Part shown: positions 8,125-16,850 of the stretch, one piece after another
Layout of the letters: each line of letters begins with the position of its first letter
Position numbering within the stretch: the first letter of the stretch is position 1
The notes under the pieces: model-generated
The model's input: the letters and a program-made list of their open reading frames with translations, nothing else
The model's database searches: none
What the model was told of the DNA's origin: nothing
Translations under genes and position numbers: made by a program
IMG/VR virus record: IMGVR_UViG_3300030433_003060
Location: 1 to 26,779 of that record
Direction: 5' to 3' (one strand)
Length of the DNA stretch: 26,779 nt
Origin: a virus
Taxonomy: Duplodnaviria; Caudoviricetes

Positions 8125-10097
8125 CCCTCCGGCGTCGAGTCTATGTTGACGGGGATAGCACCAACACCGGTGCTCTCTTGATGCATGACATTGACACCAA
8201 CAGCAGCGAGGTTGGTAGCCTCAAGCGAGCTGCCTCACTCCAAGGTTGCTGCTGCTCAGACAATGCCTCACTGTTTGTAGAACTTAAGCTTTGCCCCAAC
8301 TGTGTCGCTGAAACCCAGTGCGGCTGTGGCGGCACATACGACTATCGGGCAGGCAAAGGCTCGGACTCCAACGACACAGGCTGTGGTTCTGTAGATCCCG
8401 ACACCTCTGAGTTCGAGTGTTCGGGTAGAAGCATTGGAGGATCAAACTGCACCAGCTGTGCAGACATTGACTGCGGGGCGGTGTACATACGACGAGACGC
8501 ATTCTTCTCTGTTGTGTTTGCAGAAGACTCTTCAGGCAACCCGTATTACTTCGACACTCTTCCAACCGCCAACAACTATTACGACAGCAGCACCGGCAAT
8601 CTGAGGGCCCTTCCTACTCCATACGTTGGAGTCAAAATACGACTCACACTTAACTCAGGGAAGCAGGTGGTTACCGCCGCTACCATCACCGACCTCAAGG
8701 CGCCTTTTAGTGACGTAAACAACTGCAACATTATTGACGGTATCGACGGCCTATTTGTTCGGGACTGCGCAGGAAACATTCCTCTTTACGGGAGTGGAGG
8801 ATCCGGTGTAAATGTACTCGCAAGTATCGGAGGAGCTTCAGGTACTGTCTCGAGCGGTGAAGCTTTGTGCAAAGCAATATGCGAGCACCGGTTCTACTTG
8901 GACTCTGTAGAGTGCGACCAGTCTTGTGGGTCCTGCAACTTACCCGGAAACATATCCAACGTATACAACTTCCACTCTGCTGAATTCGCCTTAGGGAAAT
9001 ACCACCTGGGGTGTTCTTCTTGCTCTGGGTGTAATCCCGCTAAAGCCAGCAACAAAGCAGTTAACACTACTGCAAGCACAACCCACTGTCTTGGCAATAA
9101 GGCTTACTTTCTAGACCCGGAAAACTCAGTGCAGGACGTAGACCCCTTCAACGTCGTTGCCGGAAACAGCAGCTACAACAACAACTCACGCTGCGGCAAA
9201 GAGTTTGACGGGGATGCTTTTGTTAGCACAAATGACTGCGGCGGTAACCCGAGCGGCGACATACAAGGTCCTTTTGCTCACCACGTCGCCATGTCAGGTC
9301 CGTTTCCTAACAGATTTGGCGGTATTGACTGCAGCATTACCTGTAGCGGCTCAGCGCAAAACAGTCCGTTTGTGGACTGCGCCAAAGCAACGAGCGATGG
9401 CCTGACCGACTGTGCCGTGCTCGGGTGTGACTGCTGCTGCGACCCTAACACCCAAAACCCTAACTCCGCTACGACATACACGATTACGTTCCCGGATCTT
9501 TCTCTTAGCGGAGGATCCTCCAACCCAATCAGTCGGAGCTTGTACTGCTGTGCCGAGGGAGTTAGTAATTGCTTTAACAGCCCGAGCGCATCAAACCCCT
9601 GCTCCGATCCGGGTCCTGGTCCTACAGGAAGCATTGTTCCTGGTGTCGATACAGACATTTGCGCCAACATAGGTACTTTGAAAGGAGGCAACTACACCGT
9701 TCAATCTTTTGGAGCTTGTCAGTGGATAGGCACTCAGAATCCCGGACCCTCAAATGGAACATATACAAATATGGGTGTTGATGTGTGTGCAGGTAATACC
9801 TGCCCCGACGGTGAAACCACTGGAACACCCAGGACTTGCGACCCGGACTTCCACAACTGCCTAGGGACTTTCCACTTCAGAATCGACGCTGCAAACATTA
9901 TTTGCTTCCCCGGTGGCAAATTCAACCTGTTTGCCTCTTATTCAATCAGCAACGACGTTACCTTTCTGGGAGCGGTTATTTGTCAATACGAGAAAGACGT
10001 TGCCTCTCCGAACCCCGCCGGCACATACACTAGTGTGTCTACCGGAACTTCTATTTGTGGTGTGAACCTAGCAACCCTTACCTGTACGGTGTCCTAA
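8121..10097 (+). CDS. Cysteine-rich protein (658 aa), putative receptor-binding or tail accessory protein
   Basis: Long ORF with GTGA overlap at the start and TAATG overlap at the end; about 47 Cys by manual count, with CCC, CDCCC and CxxCxxC clusters; rich in S/G/T/N. Confidence 0.85.
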   Translation: MTLRRRVYVDGDSTNTGALLMHDIDTNSSEVGSLKRAASLQGCCCSDNASLFVELKLCPNCVAETQCGCGGTYDYRAGKGSDSNDTGCGSVDPDTSEFECSGRSIGGSNCTSCADIDCGAVYIRRDAFFSVVFAEDSSGNPYYFDTLPTANNYYDSSTGNLRALPTPYVGVKIRLTLNSGKQVVTAATITDLKAPFSDVNNCNIIDGIDGLFVRDCAGNIPLYGSGGSGVNVLASIGGASGTVSSGEALCKAICEHRFYLDSVECDQSCGSCNLPGNISNVYNFHSAEFALGKYHLGCSSCSGCNPAKASNKAVNTTASTTHCLGNKAYFLDPENSVQDVDPFNVVAGNSSYNNNSRCGKEFDGDAFVSTNDCGGNPSGDIQGPFAHHVAMSGPFPNRFGGIDCSITCSGSAQNSPFVDCAKATSDGLTDCAVLGCDCCCDPNTQNPNSATTYTITFPDLSLSGGSSNPISRSLYCCAEGVSNCFNSPSASNPCSDPGPGPTGSIVPGVDTDICANIGTLKGGNYTVQSFGACQWIGTQNPGPSNGTYTNMGVDVCAGNTCPDGETTGTPRTCDPDFHNCLGTFHFRIDAANIICFPGGKFNLFASYSISNDVTFLGAVICQYEKDVASPNPAGTYTSVSTGTSICGVNLATLTCTVS

Positions 10098-10456
10098 TGA
10101 AACTAGAAACAATCAACTGTCCACATTGGAGCAAAGGCTCCTGTCTCCGAGGTTACTACGGAGGGCGACCCTCTCCTGGGACGTGTCAACTTGTTTGCCC
10201 TGAGTACCGCATCCACAATGCGTCAGAGGCTGAACCCGTAGTCGCTGCGGTGCCCCCCAAGGTACGACAGTATAGGTGGTGCCCCAACCACCGTGGAGTT
10301 GGAGATACCGTCAAATGGGCAATCAAAGTTGTCTCCTTTGGCCTAATCAAGCAGAAGAAAGACTGCGGTTGTAAGAACAGACAGAACTGGCTGAACCGCA
10401 AGTTCCCGTATCCTTGGAGAGACTGTGCCGAACGTAGACGCAAAGTGGACCATTGA
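10097..10456 (+). CDS. Small basic Cys-motif protein (119 aa; G-x-GD...CGC-x-x-RQ-x-x-LN...FPY)
   Basis: The ATG at 10097 overlaps the upstream TAA (TAATG) and is preferred over the 10055 start in the ORF track. Motifs CPHW...C, CQLVC and GVGDTV...DCGCKNRQNWLNRKFPY. Confidence 0.8.
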   Translation: MKLETINCPHWSKGSCLRGYYGGRPSPGTCQLVCPEYRIHNASEAEPVVAAVPPKVRQYRWCPNHRGVGDTVKWAIKVVSFGLIKQKKDCGCKNRQNWLNRKFPYPWRDCAERRRKVDH

Positions 10457-13400
10457 CCTATCCCAGCCTTCCGGGGATAAGTCTGTACCTCGTACTGCTG
10501 TCGGCAAAGGGTTACTTAGCGAGCTGACAGGTCACGATGGATCCCTTCAGGGGGGTGTACGTCCACACCCTGGCTTCCGGTTTATCAAAGAACTGAACTT
10601 TGACGCGTACGACCATACTGCGGATGGGACCAACGACAACCAGTACGACCTTACCTCCTATCAGGTAGTAGCCGACAACCACGACCAACGATCAGAAGTT
10701 ACCGACATTTTCCCCGTCACCTTCATGCGGGGCACCAGCTCTACCTGCTACGGCTACGTCTATCGCGCAAAGCGACACACCTCAGCAGCTACTAACGGCG
10801 CAGCCAACATTAACTTTACGGGCACAGGCACCCAGACAGCCAGCGTCCAGTCACTGACCCTCAACTCTGGAGGAACCTACCCTGCAGCGGTAGATGACCA
10901 AGTGGTTCAGGTTAGGGACACGCTGGGCAATGAGGAAGAGTTTGTTTTCCGAGATGACGGAGTAAACTCAACGGGAACTGTAGTCAATGGTCAGGTCGTA
11001 GTCCAGGTCCAGAGCGTGACTGCTGTTAACGACGTAGCCACCCAACTGAAGACAGCAATCGACGGGGCATCTGCGATCAACGTAACCGCTACGGTATCCA
11101 CCAACGTGGTGACTGTAACTCAAGATATTGCAGGATCCTTTATTGGACCCACACGAGAGCGGGCAACAAGCACTACCTCAAACATTGTGGCGACAGTTAA
11201 AACGCCTGGGCAGGACGGACTGTACACTGGCAAGACCCTTACACTTATCGACAACAGTAGTCCCTCTAAGACTGTCACATTTACCGGCACCAACGTACTA
11301 TCCAGTGGGGGAGCCAGAGTATCTGCAACTGAATACAACTTCTCGACTCGAGGAGCAAGTCAGACTGCAGCGAATATTGTGACTGCTCTTGCTGCGGCTA
11401 TCGACTTGGCGGACACCAACGGCGAGCTTGACATTGAGGCTACTGCTAGCACCGCACAGCTCCAGCTGACTCAGGACACCGCAGGTGCAGGAGGCAACAC
11501 TGCAATATCGGGAACTCTGATTGCAGCAAACATTGTTGACAATACAAGTCTTTCATTTACAGGAGGTTCTGGAGGATCTTTGTCGGATGTATTTATCGAA
11601 TACTACGACACCAAAGCAGCAGCGCATTACTCCCCCAACAGTCCTCACGCTCCAGGGGCAGACGCTATACCGGTGAACTACACCGCCAACCTATTGATGA
11701 TGAGCTGCAGCTCGACGGAGCCGATGCAGGTCAAAACCCTCGGGCGTCTTGTGTATGTGTTTGTGCGCGGGCGCTCGCCGTCAGTGTTCTTTCTTGATGG
11801 AGAGAATGACGCCGACAGTGCTGAGTTTAGAGGCGGCACGGTGTTTGGGGTTACTGGAGACACTACTTCTCCAGGGCAGACAGGACTTCCAGGGCCTGGC
11901 ATCCAACCGTCATTCAGAGACGGAGATGGAGGAGCAGAGTTAGGTTCCTTCCCTCGACCTCTCGACACAAGCAATCAAGCAGGTGTTGGACACATTCAGC
12001 TTTCAGTTAGAACTGCAGAAGACGAGGACTTCTTTGCGCTAGACCAGCCCTCGTTTGTCGGTGAGGATGGTTCATCAACCGTACCTACCTCTGCAATCAA
12101 ACGCACGGTTATCACGGGAGACTCTGCTTCCGTAAACATTGCATCTCAGAACTACGGCAGCGGAGGCACGCCTCTTACCTCAGGGCAGCGACTTTATGTC
12201 GTGGTGTCGTTTACTGCTTGTCCTGATGGAGGAGTGAAGCTAAGCAAAGCTACTCCAGGATTTGGAGAGAGTAAGATTCAGCCGTACGCAGAGGTGTACT
12301 TTTCCACTGCTGCTGACGGGACAGGCACCGTGTACAACTTTACACCTGCGCCTTCTGCTTTTTCCAAAGCAGCTCAGAACGGAGGACTTGTTTCGGAGAC
12401 CGCTGAAGGATCAGACTTTGTTTATGACTACATACAAGTCTTTGAGTCTCCGTCGTTTACCGACTTGAAAACCTCTGCGTTTGGGGGCGACGGATCACAA
12501 AACGCAACCAACCTTTACGCCCACGTGCGGACACGAGACGGCGATGGGAACCTTATTTCTAATACGGAGATGGTTGGGGCTGCAGGAAACCTTGGAGGTA
12601 TGTGCATCCGGGTGTTTACTGCATCTAACGTTCTTGAGACTCAAGGGACTTCAATCGCCAACGGAGGCAACGTGTTCTACTCCTTTACTGATATGGGGTC
12701 GGACTCTAGCGGACAAAGAACTCCAGGTATTGCAACAGATGGAACCCAACAATACTCAAGCCGATTCCTTCGGAACTCTACGCTTCCTGTTCTGACCCAA
12801 GACTTTAAGTCCCACATTATCAGGGCAACTTCCTACATCACTGAGCTCAACACCTCTGACCTTACCTCTGGGGCGTATGGCAGTGTGATTGACGCTGTGA
12901 ACTACGGGGTTGCAGGGGCAGAACTTATTGAGGCTGACTTCTACGGATCGCAGGATGCCTTCAACTGGGCGGATGTGAACAGCACAGATACCCGAACTAA
13001 TGCTTCGTTGGGTACCCGAACTGTAGGTTCTGACACCTACACCACCATTGCAAACATGATTAGCGAGGGTGTAGGACAGCAGGCGTTTGAGGGGGAGAAT
13101 GTAGACATTCGGCTGGGCACCCCAATCGACAGCCGTATGGTCATCAAGACCTTTACCAGCGATGACCCTACCGGTGACGGCACTGACGACTACCAAGCTA
13201 GAGGCAAGGCACACTCTTGCTTGTTTGAGCTGGTCGGAGCAAAGAGTGTCTTTGCTGCGGGGCAGTCTGACTACACCGGAAGCGACACCGCAGTCCTAGA
13301 TTTCTTGGGGAATGTAGACACAAACAACAATGTCAACACGGGCTTCCTTATTGAAGCTCGCTTGCCTCTTGAAGAAGCAGAGAACGTAAGCAACACTATC

Positions 13401-15830
13401 AAGCTGAAGTGGAGCGGTAGGTTCTCGGGCACTACTAATGCGGGACGGCCTGAGATTGAGTACGACGTTTACTGGCGAGACGGTTTGTCTGACAACCCCG
13501 CACTGTATCGGGTCAACGGACAACGCTTGACAGAAGAAGAGTTTGATATTGCTTCTTTGTATACAGGAAGCAGCCTTCCCAGCGGACGAGAGTTTGAGTG
13601 GGCAGTGACTGCATACGCCACTATTAACGGAACAGAGTATTACGTTAGCAGTGGAGTGTTTAACTTTACAACCGACAACATCTTTGAGGCTACCCGGCTC
13701 AAGCGAGGCAACTACGCATTTGCCTACCAACTGTTTGACTCCAAGACTGGGCGCATGTCTAGCTTGTCCGAGATTGCAAGGATAGAAAGAGACGGGTTTG
13801 CACTGAAACCGTTTGGTCGAGACGCCAGCTCCGGCCGGGAGTTCCCACTTGACGACCCTATCCGAAACTTGATTACACGATATGTAGTCACTGCTCGAGG
13901 CAGAAACAAATATGCCGCCGCAGAGATTGTGTATGACAGCACCAAGTATGACCACTGCTTCTTCTACCGATCCCCCAAAACGGAAGAGGAAGGTAAGCAG
14001 TTCGCAGGATCAACTTTGTTCTTGGACAAGATGATCAAGCTTGAGGACTACCACACCACAGACAACAAGACAACTACCCAAGCCAACGCAGGCAGTCCTG
14101 TTGCATCTTTGAACGACGGCTTGTCCAACCGCTCGCGTGCGATCTTCTACTACAGCTTGAACGACGAAGAGATCTTATACCGTCCGTTCTACACTGGACC
14201 TACACGGTTTGACGAGAAGATGCCGTCCTCAGGAGCAGCAGAGTTCTTGGACAACATCTTGATCCAAGCAGATATTGACACCGAAGAAGCGAGCGCAAAC
14301 TCAGAAGAGGCGTACTCGACGGACGCATATCGCGGTGGGGGAGAAACCAAGTACTCTCAGACCGATCGGTACGCTCCGGAACTTCATCCTCCTGCTAACC
14401 AATACACGCCCTCTGACCCAGGTAACCGACTCAAACTGCTAAAGAGAGTGGGGCCCAACGTCGTAGGCTTGAGCTCTGATCGTATGTACCACTTCCGACG
14501 TGAAGGAACGATCGTTGTTCGAGAGTTCCACGAGGGCTTGGTGGGCGTGGTCGGCTCCCACGCTGCGGACGTTGCGGCGTCTCAGTTGTTTGTTGTTTCT
14601 CCGAAGGGGGTCAAGATCATCGGCACCAATGGTTCTTTGGACAACATGACCGCTTTGGACTTGTTGATTAAAGAAACTTTTGTCGATGGACTAGAGGACA
14701 TGCGGGTTGCATTTGACTCTTACGAGTCGGCCCTGTACTTCTTCCACCCCGGACAGAAGAGAGCAGCAATCGCATGGTTTGAAACTTCTTGTATGACAGA
14801 ACTGCAAGATCTTCCCTTTACCGATGTAAAGGTAGGGGATGTTCCTCGAGACGAAGTGTTTGCAGGAGCGTCGGGCTACACCCCCGACTTTGCTGGCGAC
14901 CGAGTCAAACGAGCAGTGTTCTTGCAGAACCACCCTGACCTGGCCAACCTTTCCGCAGGCACCACTTGGAAGCCCAAGTTGTTTGTGGCCAACGACGACC
15001 GGACACGCAAAGCTCTTGACCACGACGGGTCGTCTACCTTTAGTCAGCAGGTAGGGTCACGTAGAACCTTGCTGGATATCATTGGGCGGACTCACTACAC
15101 AGTCGGGTCTTACAATCAAGGCAGTCAAATTTTGTTTACGACTGAGAAGTCCTCATTGGACACAGACGCTCGAAGCACTCCTGCGGAGAACAGCTACATC
15201 GGAGCGTTCTTGTACTGCATCGAAGACTCTACACTTCCTAACAACGTAGGAACAAAGTCTCAGATCGAAAGCGTAGTGTCCAGCGGCACGAATGTGAGCT
15301 TTGTGATGGCAGACAACGGATTCAAAAGCCTTAGCGCAGGAGCAAAGGTGGGAGTGAGTCCAGTGTTTATGGAAATCACTGCTCACCAAGTAGGCACTCC
15401 CACTAGGACAACGGCTGGAGAAGGTGAGATAGAGAATGTCCACAACCTGAAACAGATCGACGACATTAAGGCTACGTTCTTGGATGTTGACGTTCTGACC
15501 CTCGTCAGCAATGTGGATTCAAACAACGCATCGACAGCAGTCAAGTTCCAAGGGATTATCTATGAAGGCAATGACAACACTCCTGAGCACAAGGCAGTTC
15601 CGGTAAAGCCGGACGGGACACAAGTTAGTTCTATTGTTGACGGGTCTTCTACGTTCCCAGTTTCTTTCGGAGGATCCGACACTTTCAGTGGTGTGCAAGG
15701 CCCGCTGGGCTTCACACTGACTCCTGGTGTCCGCATCTTCACCCCAGATGTGGACTTCAGGCTGATCAGTTTCCGTTGCTCTGGTCAGACCTTTGACACT
15801 GAATCCTCTGAGGTATACACCCAGTCATGA
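10425..15830 (+). CDS. Large tail protein (1801 aa), probable nozzle / tail tubular protein B-like with multiple inserted domains
   Basis: GTG start with GGAG upstream; N-terminal GGVRPHPGF, YAFAYQLFDSKTGRMSSLS, and propeller-like strands in the C-terminal third (LFVVSPKGVKII, VAFDSYESALYFF); lies between the adaptor and the internal virion genes. Confidence 0.7.
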   Translation: MPNVDAKWTIDLSQPSGDKSVPRTAVGKGLLSELTGHDGSLQGGVRPHPGFRFIKELNFDAYDHTADGTNDNQYDLTSYQVVADNHDQRSEVTDIFPVTFMRGTSSTCYGYVYRAKRHTSAATNGAANINFTGTGTQTASVQSLTLNSGGTYPAAVDDQVVQVRDTLGNEEEFVFRDDGVNSTGTVVNGQVVVQVQSVTAVNDVATQLKTAIDGASAINVTATVSTNVVTVTQDIAGSFIGPTRERATSTTSNIVATVKTPGQDGLYTGKTLTLIDNSSPSKTVTFTGTNVLSSGGARVSATEYNFSTRGASQTAANIVTALAAAIDLADTNGELDIEATASTAQLQLTQDTAGAGGNTAISGTLIAANIVDNTSLSFTGGSGGSLSDVFIEYYDTKAAAHYSPNSPHAPGADAIPVNYTANLLMMSCSSTEPMQVKTLGRLVYVFVRGRSPSVFFLDGENDADSAEFRGGTVFGVTGDTTSPGQTGLPGPGIQPSFRDGDGGAELGSFPRPLDTSNQAGVGHIQLSVRTAEDEDFFALDQPSFVGEDGSSTVPTSAIKRTVITGDSASVNIASQNYGSGGTPLTSGQRLYVVVSFTACPDGGVKLSKATPGFGESKIQPYAEVYFSTAADGTGTVYNFTPAPSAFSKAAQNGGLVSETAEGSDFVYDYIQVFESPSFTDLKTSAFGGDGSQNATNLYAHVRTRDGDGNLISNTEMVGAAGNLGGMCIRVFTASNVLETQGTSIANGGNVFYSFTDMGSDSSGQRTPGIATDGTQQYSSRFLRNSTLPVLTQDFKSHIIRATSYITELNTSDLTSGAYGSVIDAVNYGVAGAELIEADFYGSQDAFNWADVNSTDTRTNASLGTRTVGSDTYTTIANMISEGVGQQAFEGENVDIRLGTPIDSRMVIKTFTSDDPTGDGTDDYQARGKAHSCLFELVGAKSVFAAGQSDYTGSDTAVLDFLGNVDTNNNVNTGFLIEARLPLEEAENVSNTIKLKWSGRFSGTTNAGRPEIEYDVYWRDGLSDNPALYRVNGQRLTEEEFDIASLYTGSSLPSGREFEWAVTAYATINGTEYYVSSGVFNFTTDNIFEATRLKRGNYAFAYQLFDSKTGRMSSLSEIARIERDGFALKPFGRDASSGREFPLDDPIRNLITRYVVTARGRNKYAAAEIVYDSTKYDHCFFYRSPKTEEEGKQFAGSTLFLDKMIKLEDYHTTDNKTTTQANAGSPVASLNDGLSNRSRAIFYYSLNDEEILYRPFYTGPTRFDEKMPSSGAAEFLDNILIQADIDTEEASANSEEAYSTDAYRGGGETKYSQTDRYAPELHPPANQYTPSDPGNRLKLLKRVGPNVVGLSSDRMYHFRREGTIVVREFHEGLVGVVGSHAADVAASQLFVVSPKGVKIIGTNGSLDNMTALDLLIKETFVDGLEDMRVAFDSYESALYFFHPGQKRAAIAWFETSCMTELQDLPFTDVKVGDVPRDEVFAGASGYTPDFAGDRVKRAVFLQNHPDLANLSAGTTWKPKLFVANDDRTRKALDHDGSSTFSQQVGSRRTLLDIIGRTHYTVGSYNQGSQILFTTEKSSLDTDARSTPAENSYIGAFLYCIEDSTLPNNVGTKSQIESVVSSGTNVSFVMADNGFKSLSAGAKVGVSPVFMEITAHQVGTPTRTTAGEGEIENVHNLKQIDDIKATFLDVDVLTLVSNVDSNNASTAVKFQGIIYEGNDNTPEHKAVPVKPDGTQVSSIVDGSSTFPVSFGGSDTFSGVQGPLGFTLTPGVRIFTPDVDFRLISFRCSGQTFDTESSEVYTQS

Positions 15831-16850
15831 GCCAGTTCAACAGCCCATTTGTGCCACCATCACTGCCTGGAATGGGTACCCCTGAGTACACACCGGGAGC
15901 TCCTGGTCAGCTCCGTCAAACGGGAGTTCGTGCTCAAGACGGAAGCCTGTACACCAGCCAAGACACGTTGAATATGGCTCAGGGTCAACAGGGATTTGTT
16001 GACCTCGGAACCATGTTCAATCAGGCACAGCAGGGCCAGCAACAGATTATTGACCAGAGCAACCAGTTCCGGACTGATCTCATGGAGCAGTTCTCTCCTG
16101 GTTTTGAAACCTCCATGAGCGTTTTGAGCGACCAAGCCCAGGGCATTGGTTTGACGGACATCGGGGCAGCAAAAGAAGAAAGCATTAACTACCTCAAAGA
16201 AGGTATTCAAGGCTCAAAAGATGCCATCCAAACAGGAGAAGCAAAAGCCCTAGATGCGATAGAGTCGGGCATGGACGCGTCCCGAGACTCTTTGAAAAAG
16301 TCTCGTGCTGGAGCAATGGCGGCACAAGCAATCAACGCAGGGCGTCAAGCAGGAGAGCAGTCCAACCAAATTGCTGCCCAAATGTCTGCTAGCGGTGCGT
16401 CCCCCGCTCAGATTGTGAGTGCTCAGATGGATGCAGACCGAGACAGAAGCGCCGCAGCAGCAGCAAACATTTCGCAGACCGGGGCTCAATACGACCAAGC
16501 GATTGCCGGAACCTTCCAGACTCAAGCACAGCTTGAAGCAGGCACTATCCAGAACTTCACTCAGATGTTCTCGGATGCTTCGATGCAAGGCGGGATGGCT
16601 CTTAACCAAGCCAATCAAGTGTATACCCAAATGGAAACAGCACAGGATGCTTTGAGTCAACAAGCAGCGACGGCTCTTGCAAACGCATCTGCTACGGGCA
16701 GTCAAGCAATGATCAGCATTATTCAAGCGTTCCCGCCCGCAGCTCTCGACATGCTTGGCCTAACAAGTAACCTGTTCGCTGTTGCACAAACAATTCACGC
16801 TGCCGGCTACAACACAGGCATGAATCCCCCAACCTCATGAGCCAGTTCAA
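15825..16850 (+). repeat. Exact 16-nt direct repeat TCATGAGCCAGTTCAA at 15825-15840 and 16835-16850
   Basis: Read directly; each copy spans a stop/start (ATGA) gene junction. Confidence 0.9.
15827..16840 (+). CDS. Putative internal virion (DNA ejection/pilot) protein (337 aa)
   Basis: Q/A/S/M-rich helical low-complexity sequence with no Cys or Trp; directly after the nozzle gene; ATGA overlaps at both ends. Confidence 0.7.
   Translation: MSQFNSPFVPPSLPGMGTPEYTPGAPGQLRQTGVRAQDGSLYTSQDTLNMAQGQQGFVDLGTMFNQAQQGQQQIIDQSNQFRTDLMEQFSPGFETSMSVLSDQAQGIGLTDIGAAKEESINYLKEGIQGSKDAIQTGEAKALDAIESGMDASRDSLKKSRAGAMAAQAINAGRQAGEQSNQIAAQMSASGASPAQIVSAQMDADRDRSAAAAANISQTGAQYDQAIAGTFQTQAQLEAGTIQNFTQMFSDASMQGGMALNQANQVYTQMETAQDALSQQAATALANASATGSQAMISIIQAFPPAALDMLGLTSNLFAVAQTIHAAGYNTGMNPPTS

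Noticed and set aside
10055-10096. Upstream start of the CGC protein given in the ORF track
   Set aside because: The ATG at 10097 forms a TAATG overlap typical of this operon; the longer start adds a needless overlap.
8121-10097. Multiheme cytochrome, or a diversity-generating retroelement target
   Set aside because: No CxxCH motifs; I saw no reverse transcriptase or template/variable repeat pair in the window, though one elsewhere in the genome cannot be excluded.
10795-11575. Contractile tail sheath gene (myovirus)
   Set aside because: The sheath-like modules are inserts in a larger protein; no tube, baseplate or tape-measure/chaperone arrangement is evident, and gene order fits a podovirus.
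8121-13350. Apparently lower GC in the accessory tail region as a sign of recent horizontal acquisition
   Set aside because: Only spot checks were possible and amino-acid composition could explain it; needs a sliding-window GC3 computation.
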